Counted from the first letter of the stretch, positions 1-14,232 are shown. The stretch is 64,000 nt of DNA from Eledone cirrhosa (GCA_964016885.1 OZ024741.1:216504001-216568000), one strand, 5' to 3'. The notes: a model not told the origin generated them from the sequence alone. Made by a program: numbers and translations.

Positions 1-284
1 GACCCAGTTCCTTTTATCAGTTTTTTTATTGTTGCAGCTCACACCTACGCAGACTTAGCTGACATTCTAAAATCTCTTAAACATCATCTATATCTTCATC
101 TACATCTTCGGGAAAAACTTTACATGATGTATATAATTGGTTAATGCATTTATATTCTAAAGGTAAACCCATACAATTTCTCTATCTTTCTGATTTTTGT
201 TAGTTAAATCATTTATTTAATGTTATGTTATTGTTTCATGTATTATAAACACTTCTTCTGTATATGTATATGTGTATATGTATA

Positions 285-478
285 TGCTCCTTTGGGAGCC
301 CCTACATGGACACACTAGAAGAGGAAGACCAAGGTTAACGTATGTTGATGCCCTAAGGACAGACACTGGTCTGTTGGAGACGCAGGACATGGCAGCGATA
401 ATGAGGGACAGAGACCGCTGGAGAGAACTCGTCCATGGATCTCGGGAATTTTACCCGCCTTAGATAGATAGATAGATA
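285..478 (+). mobile_element. 3' end fragment of an RTE-clade LINE with (TAGA)n tail
   Basis: Peptide LLWEPLHGHTRRGRPRLTYVDALRTDTGL...RDRDRWRELV* matches the typical RTE ORF C-terminus (R-GRP...W/Y, DR..WR); followed directly by tagatagataga; 5' side is a TA/TG microsatellite. Confidence 0.75.
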
Positions 479-486
479 TGTATATG

Positions 487-544
<58 letters not shown>

Positions 545-546
545 CA

Positions 547-825
547 TTTTGAGAAAAAGCATGTGTCTCTTCAATCAGCCACTTTGAAGAATATATATAT
601 ATATACATATATATATGCATAGATATATTCTTCAAAATGGCTGATTGAAGAGACACGTGCTTTTTCTCAAAAAATATTTTCCTGTTCCTTCCTCATCTCA
701 GTCTCTATCTTTCTATTTCATCTTTTATTTCTCATTCTATTTTCTGATGATGGCCTAATGTCAGAAACATAAAGACACTATTCTTCCTATTATATCAAGC
801 TCTAAACTAATTTATTTCTTCATTG
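547..825 (+). mobile_element. Penelope-like pLTR fragment with a short inverted duplication (547-595 / 624-672) and a degenerate hammerhead
   Basis: About 50-bp inverted arms around a TA tract; downstream CTGATGA-TGGC-ctaat-GTCA-GAAACATA-AAGA. Confidence 0.55.
740..775 (+). ncRNA. Minimal type-I hammerhead ribozyme motif (degenerate)
   Basis: CTGATGA at 744-750, 4-bp stem II TGGC/GTCA, GAAA, short stem III, weak stem I tttt/aaga. Confidence 0.5.
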
Positions 826-911
826 TACTGTGTTATTTGTTTTGTTATTTCCATTTATTTCTTGTACACACACGCGCGCGTGCATGCATGCACACACACA
901 CGCACACACAC

Positions 912-1010
<99 letters not shown>

Positions 1011-1163
1011 TAAGATGTATGGTAGGTCGTATGTGAATCGCGATGATCACGTCTGACCTACCAAATATGTGACGGTAGCTAGTTAAGCTCTATGCGTATA
1101 CGCAGAGCAGAAATATTAGTGAAAAAGAACAAAGGAACTATTATGACATTATAACAAGTTTAT

Positions 1164-1210
1164 TGCCGACAGCCGTTTCGTCCGACCCCATGGTGGGACT
1201 TATCAAGGCA
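1164..1210 (-). ncRNA. Type-I hammerhead ribozyme with U3-A8 core variant
   Basis: Minus strand: TGCC-TTGATAA-GTCC c ACC atgg GGT c GGAC-GAAAC ggct GTC-GGCA; all three helices pair; GUC triplet. Confidence 0.8.
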
Positions 1211-2223
1211 TATAACATGTGATTGCAAGATCATTGTTTACATCAACGTATCACTCATGGCTAGCAGTTTGAAATTGTTGTATACATCAGCAACTCCGCT
1301 TTAAGGGGGGCTCTTTTATATTAGTTGTCGGGGTCAGGGATTGAAGTTTAAAAATTAGACAAAAATATATAATTTACGCATCAACATTAAACTAAAAGAC
1401 TTGGGGTCCCACAGAAGCACCTTAGAAAATCCCTCAATGAGTGCATAAAGCTTACAGGCTCCAATAAACCTATTAGTCTAGAAGAAAATTAAGAGGCTAA
1501 TAAAATAAGAAAATAAAAATATAAAGTTTCCCTAAAAAATATATAAAGTTCCTATGAAATTTCTTCTAGAGAAAAAAAATTTTTTCCAAAATGAAAAAAA
1601 CCTTCTTCCCCCGAGATCACGTTTACAAAATTCAGAAAACTGAATTGAAAACTAGGTTGAAAGAAACTAATCAATTAGAGGTTAATTCAGAGAGCCTTCC
1701 ATAAATCTCTCAGAAAAGGCCCCTTTAATATTTCCAATAGGAACTTCTTCCGAGAGACCCTTCGAAGAATTAAAATTTTAGAGAGCCTTTAAGGATAAAT
1801 ATAAAAACGAATTGAGGAAAATTATACATTAAAAGTTAAAAATTAAAAATTACGGTATTTGGGAAATCCGAGGAATTTTCAAAGGGCTGCTTCAACAGAT
1901 ACAATTTAGGCATAATAGATACAATAATCTAAGCAATTTAAGTAATTTAATTAGGGAGCAATTCAAGGAGTTTATCAAGTAAGGCAAGATTAAAGAAAGT
2001 GGTAACTAAGAAAATACATAAGCGGGACCCCAAGTCTTTTAGTTTAATGTTGACGCGTAAATTATATATTTTTGTCTAATTTTTAAACTTCAATCCCTGA
2101 CCCCGACAACTAATATAAAAGAGCCCCCCTTAAAGCGGAGTTGCTGATGTATACAACAATTTCAAACTGCTAGCCTTGAGTGATACGTTGATGTAAACAA
2201 TGATCTTGCAATCACATGTTATA

Positions 2224-2268
2224 TGCCTTGATATCCCACCATGGGGTCGGACGAAACGGCTGTCGGCA
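2224..2268 (+). ncRNA. Second-arm copy of the family A hammerhead with a 2-nt deletion at the core/stem II boundary
   Basis: TGCCTTGATA[AG missing]TCCCACCATGGGGTCGGACGAAACGGCTGTCGGCA. Confidence 0.6.
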
Positions 2269-2312
2269 ATAAACTTGTTATAATGTCATAATAGTTCCTT
2301 TGTTCTTTTTCA

Positions 2313-2393
<81 letters not shown>

Positions 2394-2397
<4 letters not shown>

Positions 2398-2531
2398 AAG
2401 TTAAATAAAAGTCAAATGATTAAAATTTAGCTTCGTTTATTACTGCTATATATATTTCAGGTCACTGAAATATATATAGCAGTAATAAACGAAGCTAAAT
2501 TTTAATCATTTGACTTTTATTTAACTTTATT
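2394..2531. repeat. Perfect palindrome, 67-bp arms and 4-nt loop (GTCA); pLTR-like 3' half-hammerhead
   Basis: 2394-2460 is the exact reverse complement of 2465-2531; arm reads ct-GAAA-tatata-TA-gcagt-AATAAA. Confidence 0.9.
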
Positions 2532-2638
2532 TTACACTACTCCGGAGTAACCAAACCAACCTGCGCACTTCGTCGAGTGTTCCAGCCTGCATACAGAGGT
2601 GTTGGTATACAACCAACATAAACTCAAAATCTCTCTCC

Positions 2639-2694
<56 letters not shown>

Positions 2695-2722
2695 AAATGT
2701 GTGTAATCCTTGGTACAGTTAG

Positions 2723-3465
2723 ATATATTAAGACAGGGGGTAAGAAAAAATGGCTTCACTTGTGCTTTCAACAAATTTATTTTCTTCACAAAATCCAAAA
2801 AGAATTATTTTCCGGATTAGAAAAAATTTTTTTCTTAAAAAAAAATTATTTTATAAATTAAGTTGTTGGTTGTTGTTGAACAAAGGACTAATTTTGGGAT
2901 GGACGTAGAAAAATTCTTCAGAAAAAAAGAAAAAAATAATTATTTACAAACTTGGCAGGTGCGATTTGCCTGTGACCATTCTCAACACAAAAGGAATACT
3001 AAAAGCTTTTTCCCCTGAATAAAGGAATTTTTCGAGAATGACCGGGGCAGGCCGCACTTGCTACATTTCTCCCCCACCCAACCCTACTCACCGTCTCAAC
3101 TCATTACTGCTATTAACACTTTTTCAACACACCTACACCCATACACTTATTAAAGGGGGAGAAAAGAAACCCCACCACACCACAGACATGTTAAATCCCT
3201 ATATATAGAACAACACACCACATACACATCAGTTTGGCAAGCGCACCTCAGCGTGAAAGGTCGTTCTAAAAACGAAACAATATCTCCTATGTTAACCAAG
3301 AACTCCTAAGACCTAACCAACAACCAACAACTTAGTTTATAAAATAATTTTTTTTCTAAGAAAAAATTTTTTTCTAATCCGGAAAAAAATTCTTTTTGGA
3401 TTTTGTGAAGAAAATAAATTTGTTGAAAGCACAAGTGAAGCCATTTTTTCTTCCCCCCTGTCTTA

Positions 3466-3471
<6 letters not shown>
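2723..3471 (+). mobile_element. Fold-back element with ~150-bp inverted arms (2723-2875 / 3318-3471), probably PLE-derived
   Basis: Arms are reverse complementary; the interior translates weakly to ...YKLGRCDL...LNK..., reminiscent of a PLE GIY-YIG C-terminus; flanked by TA tracts. Confidence 0.6.
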
Positions 3472-3497
<26 letters not shown>

Positions 3498-3498
<1 letters not shown>

Positions 3499-3603
3499 AA
3501 GTGTCTTGCTCAAGGACATAACGCACCGCCCGGTCCAGGAATCGAACTCACAACCTTACGATTGCGAATCCGATTCTCTAACCACTCATCCACACGCCTT
3601 CAC
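3498..3603 (-). mobile_element. tRNA-derived CORE-type SINE head (octopus OR2-like)
   Basis: Minus strand has A box (GAGTGGTTAG), B box (GAGTTCGATTCC) and GTCCTTGAGCAAGACACTT. Confidence 0.8.
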
Positions 3604-3709
3604 GTTGCTCCTTCTACCTGGAGTTGCGACCGATAGATAGTATTAGCAATTGGAAAGACCAACGGAAACATTGTTCCCTCGGTCCGATTTGACGAAAGTC
3701 GATCGTTCC

Positions 3710-3780
<71 letters not shown>

Positions 3781-3784
<4 letters not shown>

Positions 3785-3915
3785 GAAAGGCTTCGAGAGG
3801 ACTAGAACTGTTTCATTCGAGAGAAATCACCAGGAAGCAGCTGTCCAGATAATATAGTGGTATTTATATCTTTTCCTGGTGGTAGAGGAAGATAGGGATT
3901 GGGATGGGCTGGAGG

Positions 3916-3918
<3 letters not shown>
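3781..3918 (-). mobile_element. PLE-like pLTR fragment, family B, with degenerate hammerhead-like motif
   Basis: Minus CTGGTGA-TTTC tctc GAAT-GAAAC agttcta GTC; related copies at 4031-4200(+), 10284-10417(-), 26465-26590(-). Confidence 0.55.
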
Positions 3919-3979
<61 letters not shown>

Positions 3980-4030
3980 GTATGTATATGTATATATATG
4001 TGTATGTATGTATATATATATATATATATT

Positions 4031-4200
4031 AAAAAGATATGACTTCTACGGGACTATTGTATACGTATAATTTTAATAAAACAATTCTAATCCTGTAAAA
4101 GTCATTTCTAAATAAAACAAATATGCTTCTTCTTTACTAACGTATTGAGTACCTTATTTACTAACGTATTGAGTACCTTATTTAATTGTGGTTTCTTTCC
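4031..4200 (+). mobile_element. Family B copy with short fold-back (4031-4056 / 4088-4112) and a 24-bp tandem duplication of the GTATTGAGTAC tail
   Basis: aaaacaattctaatcctgtaaaagtcatttcta...gtattgagtacc aligns to the reverse complement of 10284-10417. Confidence 0.55.
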
Positions 4201-4454
4201 GATCTCCTCCAGGAGACCACCATTAATTATACATTTTTTTACGAAAGTATTTTCTCTTGAAATATTCAGGACTAATTAAACACATCGAAGGAAATATTCC
4301 CACAACTTTGTTATCATTGTTTTTAACATTTAATGTCACCTCTGTTTTACAGTAGTCCTATAAAAATAACACATCGTTCCTACATTCTCCACAATGCTTC
4401 AAACAAACCAGAATGCCCTCTTATATATATATATCAAAATGTATGTATATATGT

Positions 4455-4542
<88 letters not shown>

Positions 4543-4580
4543 GTGTGTGTGTACATATATATATATATATGGGATAACAA

Positions 4581-5438
<858 letters not shown>

Positions 5439-5482
5439 CGTGCGTGTGTGCGTGCGTGTGTGTATGTATATATATATATATA

Positions 5483-5809
5483 TTGGCTGGACACTCGATC
5501 GCGCGGTTAAACCACTGGGAGTGAAGGACCCCTAGCCTTTGTCAGGGCATTCTTATAGAAGGCAACTCAGGAAACTGGGATAACTCCGATATAAAACCTG
5601 GGGCTCAGTAGTTACCGATGGTGTTGATCTTTTCTTCTTTTCGGGTTATAGCTACTGTCACCCAGAAAGTGGGATTGGATCAGTGCACAGTCTTTCCTCA
5701 CTTTAAAAAATTTCTTCACGCACAGGCATTGCATGATAGAATTAATTAATAATTATTAATAATGGTATATCGTGCAATGGCCATACTCGATAACGAGGGG
5801 GCAGCCATT
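5483..5809 (+). mobile_element. Short non-autonomous retroelement, probably RTE-derived (5'UTR-like part plus 3' tail)
   Basis: Ends in GTGCAATGGCCATACTCGATAACGAGGGGGCAGCCAT, identical to 21277-21316; a related tail is inverted at 5948-5985. Confidence 0.45.
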
Positions 5810-5947
5810 ATATATATATATATATATATTAATACACTATATACACACGTTCATACATATATAGATCATACGATCATATATAGATCATACGTACGTATAT
5901 ACATACATGCATGCATGCATACTTACATACATACATGCATGCACACA

Positions 5948-6303
5948 TGGTGGCTGCCAACTCGTTTTCGAGTACGGCCACCACTTTATATCCATGTAGG
6001 AGAACCCCTACCGATGCACTCTGGTATAAACACTACACTTGTGACAATTATTGACACAGTGCTGGGCCCATAGCACCATGTGACAACAAGTGCAGAGAGA
6101 TCTCCAGATATAAAGCAGTGCCTGTGCCGTGAGCAAAGGCATTGCACAAAGCCAGTCCCACTCTCTTAACCAAGATGATATTTACCAAAAAGAAGAACCA
6201 GTCAACATCATTGGATACCATCAGGGTTGCAGGCGTTATATCAGAGTTCGCCTTCTCCCAGAATTCTGCCTTGACAAAGGCTAAGGGGTCATCTCTCCCG
6301 GAG
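5948..6303 (-). mobile_element. Related non-autonomous retroelement in the opposite orientation
   Basis: Minus-strand 3' end GGCCGTACTCGAAAACGAGTTGGCAGCCA resembles the 5483-5809 tail. Confidence 0.4.
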
Positions 6304-6430
6304 AGATATATATACATATATACATACACACACACACACATATATATATATATACATATATACATATATATATATATATACATACACACATACACATATA
6401 TATATATACATATATACATACACACATACA

Positions 6431-6776
6431 TCATTTCATCATCATCATTTCATTTTACGTCCGCCCCTCCCTGCCTGCAAGAGTGGGACGGGAACTGATT
6501 CTGGCACGATCTCCACAGCTGGATGCCTCTCCCAACACCAACCCCATCCACAGTGAGCGCTGGGTGATTTTTTGCCGTGGCACCTCCACGACCACTTTGC
6601 AGTGGAATGATAGGGACCCCAGTCCCCATCATCTCATTTCTACAGCTGAGTAAACTGGAGCAATGTGAAATAAAGTCTCTTGCTCAAGGAAACAACACAT
6701 CACCCGGTCTGAGAATTGAACTCACAACCTTTCGATTGCAAGGCCAATGCTCTAACGACTACGCCATGTGCCTCCA
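6431..6776 (-). mobile_element. tRNA-derived CORE-type SINE
   Basis: A/B boxes at ~6770-6710 on minus strand, TTTCCTTGAGCAAGAGACTTTATTTCAC, (ATG)n tail. Confidence 0.8.
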
Positions 6777-7109
6777 TATACATACATATATATATATACA
6801 CATACACATACATATATATACATATACATACACATATATACATACACATACATACACATATACACACATGCATACATATATACGTACATACATATATACT
6901 TACGTACATACATGTATACGTACATTCATAGATACATACATACATAAATACATAGATGCATATACGTATCATTATATGCCCTCATGCGTGCATATATTGT
7001 ATGTTGCCAATGAAATAGGTTTTGCGCTCTGTTTCCTTAGCAATCTGTCCAGTTCCGTTCTATCCAGTATATTTAATACGCAATAAATATATATATGTAT
7101 GTGTGTGGG

Positions 7110-7430
<321 letters not shown>

Positions 7431-7440
7431 TATATATATA

Positions 7441-8192
7441 TGAATAAAATTAGTCCTTCATAAGTGATCTTCCAAATTTCATTGGTATTTCATCGCTTTA
7501 AAAATCATATACCTCTAGTTGGTGCGAGCAATAACTAAATAAAGTTATTGGGACAAGTAAAATAGGGTGAAACGAGCGAGACATGTAAACACACAACGAT
7601 GGTATGGCAACGGAAAGATAGGAAGAGACAAGCACATGAAATCTGTAAGCTTAAGCTTGGTGAATTCATAGGCGAGAGATACAGACCATCCGACATGGGT
7701 GTGATGTGAGCGAGAAAAGGATTTCACACAGGTCAAACGGGAGGAAGTGAGAGCGGGGGAGAAGCAGAGAGTGAGTGAGTGGAAGTGTGAGGAAGAGACC
7801 AGCAAAGAGAGAGAGAGAGTGTGTGACTGGCAGACGGGGTAAAAAGAGGAGAGAGAGTAAGAAAGAAACAGACAATCGCAGCTGAGGAAAAAATATAAAT
7901 ATGAGAAAAATGGAGAGCTGCGTGGTTGCACGTGGGTTACATATGAATAACATTACTCCTTCATCAGTGATCTTCCAACTTTCATTAGTATTTCATCGCT
8001 TTAAAAATCATATACCTCTAGTTGGTGCGAGCAATAACTAAATACTGTTATTGGGACAAGTAAAATAGGGTTAAGCGAGCGAGACATGTAAACACACAAA
8101 GATGGTATGGCAACGGAAAGATAGGAAGAGACAAGCACATGAAATCTGTAAGCTGAAGCTTGGTGAATTCATGGGTGAGAGATTCAGACCAT
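7441..8192. repeat. Direct duplication of ~250 bp, period 503 (7441-7690 / 7944-8192); unclassified repeat
   Basis: Near-identical text from tgaataa through cagaccatc in both copies. Confidence 0.8.
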
Positions 8193-8214
8193 CAATTATC
8201 CCAGTGTATTACTG

Positions 8215-8279
<65 letters not shown>

Positions 8280-8599
8280 TAATATTTGATGAACATTTAC
8301 ATGTTATAGTTGCAATTGACTAATAAGATCGCTAGAGTGAAAAATCTTAATTCAACAACATAAGGTCTGCCTGTACGATCTAGAAAATAATAAATCAATA
8401 CTCACAGACTCATATGGGCAAAAAGCCTTGGTACCTAGACACGTTTAAAATTCAAAATACAAACTTTTTCCGCAGATCGGTCAGAACTTCAAACTTCAAA
8501 CATGTTTCACAAAGGATGGTATAATAGTAAAATAATTAACTAATTAGCAGTGAGTTAATCAACTTTTTCTGTGTTTATCAATAGGTACCCCTATTTATT

Positions 8600-8630
<31 letters not shown>

Positions 8631-8688
8631 ATATACACACACATACATATATATGTGTGTGTGTGTGTATATACTTACATATATATAT

Positions 8689-8830
8689 ATGAAAAGATTC
8701 AGGACCCCGACGGCCGGAGCTCCGCCGTCGGGGTCCTGAATCTTTTCATATTACCCTCTGTACTACCCCAAGTATCGAGTACTCTGGTGGGTTATGGCCC
8801 ACCTGGAATTTTACCACACCCTACCTGATC
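8689..8830 (+). mobile_element. Family C copy; palindrome 8689-8749 centred on GGAGCTCC
   Basis: atgaaaagattcaggaccccgacggc cggagctccg ccgtcggggtcctgaatcttttcat, then tail AGTATCGAGTACTCTGG. Confidence 0.75.
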
Positions 8831-9458
8831 TTTTACATATATATACGGTAGTGTCCAATCCGTATGAAGAACTCAATGTAATCCAAATATCATGAAAAGA
8901 GAAAATGTATTAAAAAATTTTTTCGATGAAAATCACAGGAAAAAACAGAGTCAAGATAAATTAATAAAAACAATGAATAAAAATAAAGAAGCAGTTCCTT
9001 ATATTAAAAAATTCATCATTTTACGATCGTTTCTAGGATATATATGTGTGTGTTGGTATGTATATCATATAGATCTATGTAAAATTTTTACAAACTATCA
9101 GAGGGAATATACATACCTACACATATATATGCTGTCTTCAGAAATAATGAATGACGAATTTTTTAATATAAGGAACTGTTTCTTTGTTTTTATTCATTGC
9201 TTTTATTAATTTATATATATACATATATATATACATATATATATATATATTTATATACATACCTAATTATAACGTTTTAATCACATTTTTAACAGTGTAA
9301 TGTGAATGGTTCCAAATAATTTAATTTCAACATAATTAATCCGTGCAGCGATGCCATGTAATGCAATGATGTGGTCTACACTGTAGCTTGATATATATAA
9401 ACTCTGATAGATTATCTCATTTAATCCATATATATTTGGTTTCCTGCTGAGTATATAG

Positions 9459-9768
9459 TTTCTTCTTCTTTTTCTTTTTCTTCTTCATCATCTTTCTTCT
9501 TCTTCTTCTTCTTCTTTCTTCTTCTTTATTATTCTTTTTCTTCTTTTTCTTCTTTTTCTTCTTTTTCTTCTTTTTCTTCTTTTTCTTCTTCTTTTTCTTT
9601 TTTTCTTCTTTTTCTTCTTCTTCTTCTTCTTCTTCTTCTTCTTTCTTCTTCTTTATTATTCTTTTTCTTCTTTTTCTTCTTTTTCTTCTTTTTCTTCTTC
9701 TTCTTCGTTCTTCTTCGTTCTTCTTCTTCTTCTTCTTCTTCTTCTTCTTCTTCTTCTTCTTCTTCTTC
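9459..9768. repeat. (TTC)n/(TTTTTCTTC)n polypyrimidine microsatellite
   Basis: Direct reading. Confidence 0.95.
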
Positions 9769-9980
9769 GTAAAATATCTTATTTTACTCTGTCAGACTTA
9801 TACTCACATAAATTGAGATTTTGCCATAAGTATAATATGTTAAGTATAATATGTTAAATATAATATGTTAAATTACTTCTCTGGGTGATATTTTATCTGT
9901 GTATTTTAGCCATTCATTGAGATGTCTAAGTATTAGAGACAAATAACTCTTTAATTGATATATATATATATATATATGTG

Positions 9981-10094
<114 letters not shown>

Positions 10095-10181
10095 TGTGTA
10101 TGTGTCTGTGTTTCTGTATATTTATGGATATGCTTTTTTTTTCTTAATTGGATATGTATCACTTTCCTTCATCACACACAT

Positions 10182-10276
<95 letters not shown>

Positions 10277-10283
10277 AATATGA

Positions 10284-10417
10284 GTCCCGGGTTCAATCGG
10301 GGGGTAACCACAGTAAGTAGGGTACTCAATACATAGCAGAGTATACATTTTTAATATAGAAATGGCTTCTACAGGACTAAAACTATTTCATTCGAAGGAA
10401 ATCACCAGGAAAGCCCC
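10284..10417 (-). mobile_element. Family B pLTR fragment in a TA tract
   Basis: Matches 26465-26590 and 3781-3840. Confidence 0.65.
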
Positions 10418-10449
<32 letters not shown>

Positions 10450-10844
10450 ATGCATGTATGTATATACAGAGAGAGTGTATGTGTGTGTTTGTGTGTGTAT
10501 ATATTTGTGTATGTGTGTATATAGATTTATATTATATTACTAAGATTATTTTTCTGTTGGGTTTGTGCATATAATTGGCAATCCCATGGGACATATTAGT
10601 ATAAATGTTGGTGGATACACGGGAGATTGTCTGCTGCTGCCATCTGGATTAACTTCCGTTACATAATGCGGAAGTATCCAATCAAATTTATCACGAAAAC
10701 GACTTCATATATCCTGTCAATCATTTTCCCCAAATCTAATGCAGTGGAAATGTGTGTGCGCGATTTTATATGTATGTAGGTATGTATGGATGTATGGATG
10801 GATGTATGGATGGAAGGATAGGTATGTATATATATTTATATATG

Positions 10845-11008
<164 letters not shown>

Positions 11009-11127
11009 ATAAGGTAATGAATTCTTTTACAATGGAATTAGCTCCAAGGAGGAAAATACCCCCTGAGCCGTGTATAAACAGTTTATATATATATATATAT
11101 GTATATATATGTATATATATATATTTA

Positions 11128-11299
11128 TAGGAAAATAGTCAGGACCCTGACGGCGGAGCTCCGGCCGTTTCCACAGCTATATCAAAACTAAACCAGTAAT
11201 ATTAGGACGGCAGGGACCTAGCTGAACTAGGAGCTCAGCCGTCGGGATCCTACTAGTACTCTGGTGCGTTATGGTCCACTTGGTTCCTTACCATACTTT

Positions 11300-11300
<1 letters not shown>
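11128..11300 (+). mobile_element. Family C copy with imperfect fold-back
   Basis: caggaccctgacggcggagctccggccgtttc...ggagctcagccgtcgggatcct, then tail. Confidence 0.7.
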
Positions 11301-11342
<42 letters not shown>

Positions 11343-11398
11343 CCCTCCCAAAGTATAACAATATATATGTGTGTGGGGGGGGGGGGTGTATATATACA

Positions 11399-11576
11399 CA
11401 GTAAAATTCCATTATAACGAAATTCACGACGAGACATAAACAAATTTGTTGTAATGAAAAATTCTTTATAACGATTTCGACCTCACACTTTGAGCGTGTG
11501 GCCGGGGATTGAAAAAAAATTTCGTTATGCTGAATAAATCGTTATAATGGTATTCGTTATAACGGAATTTTATCTG
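11399..11576. mobile_element. Tc1/mariner-pogo type MITE
   Basis: TIRs CAGTAAAATTCCATTATAACGAA / TTCGTTATAACGGAATTTTATCTG, subterminal TTCGTTAT repeats, TA-rich flanks. Confidence 0.75.
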
Positions 11577-12004
11577 TATATATATATATGTGTATATATA
11601 TGTGTGTCTATGAATGTCTATGAATGTGTATATAAATATATATATATACGTGTGTAAGACAGAGAGAGAGTTTGTGTGCGCGTATGAGAGAGAGTGAGTG
11701 TGTGTGTGTGTGCGAGAGCGTGAGAGTGAGAATGCGTGCGTGGGAGAGACAAAGGGTAAGAGTGTTTGCGTGTGTGTCTATCCACCCACGTTTTTCCAAG
11801 TAATAGACCCAATTTGTTCAACTATTATTTACAGTGATCGATTGTTGTTACAGTTAATTTTTGTGTTTGGGACACTCACATATTTAAGTTATACAAAAAG
11901 ATGACTCCAAGTTTATGAGTACTGAATGCTGAGTGGTTTATTTTTTGTTAAACACGACAATTAGAACTATGGTTAAGAGTAAGCAACTTTTTAACAATGC
12001 CAGC

Positions 12005-12320
12005 GAAGGTGCGTGACTTATTGGTTAAGGGTTTCGGCTTTGGATCATAAGGTCATGAGTTTGATAATCGGTGGCGCGTCGTGTCTTTGAGTCAGACATT
12101 TTATTTCACGTTGCTCTAGCTCACTCAGCTAGAAAATATTATTCTACCTGTAATTTGAAGGGCCAACTTAGTCACATACTAGGTCAAACTGAATCTCCCT
12201 GAAAACTACACTAAGGGTGCACGTGTCTGTGGATTGATTAGCCAATTGCATCTCAATTTAAAGAGTAGGCTTGTGCGTTGATCGAACAGCTAGAACGCCC
12301 GTCGTCGTAACTGACGGAAG
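12005..12320 (+). mobile_element. Degenerate CORE-type tRNA SINE
   Basis: Degenerate A/B boxes, GTGTCTTTGAGTCAGACATTTTATTTCACGTTGCTC. Confidence 0.7.
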
Positions 12321-13011
12321 TTCACCCAACACATACATCTAACTGTGATAGATTTCCCCCAGTTAAATGTGATAATTATATCTATGCTTGACATTGACAG
12401 TAGCTCCCTCTGTTTGACATTCTCACTCCACCATGTTTCTAGCTATGGCACCCGATCAAAAATATATTAGCTCTAAGATTTGTCGAATTTAGTCTGTGTG
12501 TAAATAAAACTACGAAGTAGGTTGACATTTAACTGATGAGGTTAGCAATGGTGGCCATATTAAGTTTTGAGAGGGCTGCAACTGTTTTTGTTGTTGCTGT
12601 TGTTGTTGTTGTTGATGATTATGTTCCATATGCAAATAGTGATTGATGGAGTCGAGATTGGCGGCTAAGTCTCATCCATTTATAGTTGAAGGTCTTAATT
12701 ACAATGGTAAATTCTATTCTGATAGTTTCTTCCCTCGCACATCTCGCTTATGGAATTCCCTTCCGGCTTCTTACTTTCCTGACCACTGCAATTAGCAACA
12801 AAATCAAAAGTAATATCAATCGCTATCGTCTCTCTCCTTGTATTAAGTTCTCTCTGTCTTACCCTGTTCTCTTCTCAGTAACCCATTGCATTTTACTGCC
12901 TTTATTATCTTGCGTTGGATGAGTAAATTACAAAAAATATATTTCGGAGAGATGAGAGTCGAATTTGGGCGTCAGAAGTGTGGACTTAAAAGGATTCTAT
13001 TTGAATCAACA

Positions 13012-13204
13012 CAATAATTGTTTCTACTTTTGGCACAAGGCCAGAAATTAACCAGTGCATTACTGGTACTATATTTTATCGACCCCGTAAGGATGAAGGG
13101 CACAGTTAACCTCGGCAGGATTTGAACTCACAATGACAAGGGCCGTAACTATATGCGTCTAAGCATGGCGTCCGACCCTTTACCGATACTGCCAATCCAC
13201 CGCA
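13012..13204 (-). mobile_element. Meta/MESC-type tRNA SINE (octopus OR1-like)
   Basis: Minus: B box GAGTTCAAATCC, CCTTCATCCTTACGGGGTCGATAAAAT...GTACCAG, tail GGCCTTGTGCCAAAAGTAGAAACAATTATT. Confidence 0.8.
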
Positions 13205-13403
13205 ATAGTTTTGTTAAGCATTTACTTGGTTCAGTTATTAAATTGAACCCATGCTGTGGTGCTGCTTTCATTTAGACGCTCATATCGACACCGATCTGAT
13301 ATTTCTTTTGTTGATCTCCCTTTCGTTGCGTCGCACCACTTAGTTGCGGACTATAAACACAAAGACACAGACACCGACCTAACCATAGACATGGACATAT
13401 ATT

Positions 13404-13452
<49 letters not shown>

Positions 13453-13761
13453 GAAAATTGAACAGGGACAGAACAGAGAGGCAGTACGATAAATGTTTAT
13501 TAAATTCACGCTCAGGAGAGTGGGGGGTAGGTGTATATATATATATATATATTTCTATATATATGTGTGTGTGTGTGTTTGTGTGCGTGTGTGTGTAAGT
13601 ATGTATGTATGTATACGTACATACATATATGTATACAGACGTACAGTAGTATGTATATATATACATACATGCACACATACATATATGTACGTATCGGTTT
13701 ACTGAACATTTATTATAATGCTCGGTTTGTTTGTTTGTAAACAAACAAACAGCCCGGATAC

Positions 13762-14012
13762 AAGCGCATGGCTTAGTGGTTAGAGCATTGGGCTTGCAAT
13801 CGAAAGGTTGTGAGTTCAATTCTCAGACCGGGTGATGTGTTGTTTCCTTGAGCAAGACACTTTATTTCACGTTGCTACAGTTTACTCAGCTGTAGAAATG
13901 AGTACCGGCCTGCCTGCCCAGCCAGTGGGATGGCGTTATCTTATGGCTAAAACAACACGACGTGCTGTGACAAGCGGCGCCGTTTGGCGCTCGACAGACT
14001 GGTCGGTCAAGG
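13762..14012 (+). mobile_element. CORE-type tRNA SINE
   Basis: TGGCTTAGTGGTTAG A box, GAGTTCAATTCT B box, TTTCCTTGAGCAAGACACTTTATTTCAC. Confidence 0.85.
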
Positions 14013-14232
14013 TGATATATATATATATATTTATATACAATAGGTAGATAAGGATGCAATTCAATTGAAGCACTCGACGTCATATTACTTCTTCTATATA
14101 TATATATATATATATAAACGTTTGTATATGTATAATAAAGTCAAAACAATGCAGGTATGGACATAGAATAAAGAATGCAAATGCAAAAGATATTGTTGAC
14201 AATTAGTCTTTTACCTTAGATTTATTTAAATG

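Larger units (their letters stand above)
1007..2319 (-). mobile_element. Non-autonomous Penelope-like fold-back element (family A) with ~300-bp inverted arms 1113-1410 / 2024-2319, flanked by (TA)n
   Basis: Arms are near-perfect reverse complements, each carrying an HHR followed by AATAAA; a second family copy is at 25704-26445. Confidence 0.8.

Noticed and set aside
1113-2319. DNA transposon or MITE classification for the long inverted-repeat elements
   Set aside because: Arms contain HHR plus AATAAA, one side extends beyond the arm, and sister copies have different or no inverted arms, which fits PLE fold-back products rather than TIR elements.
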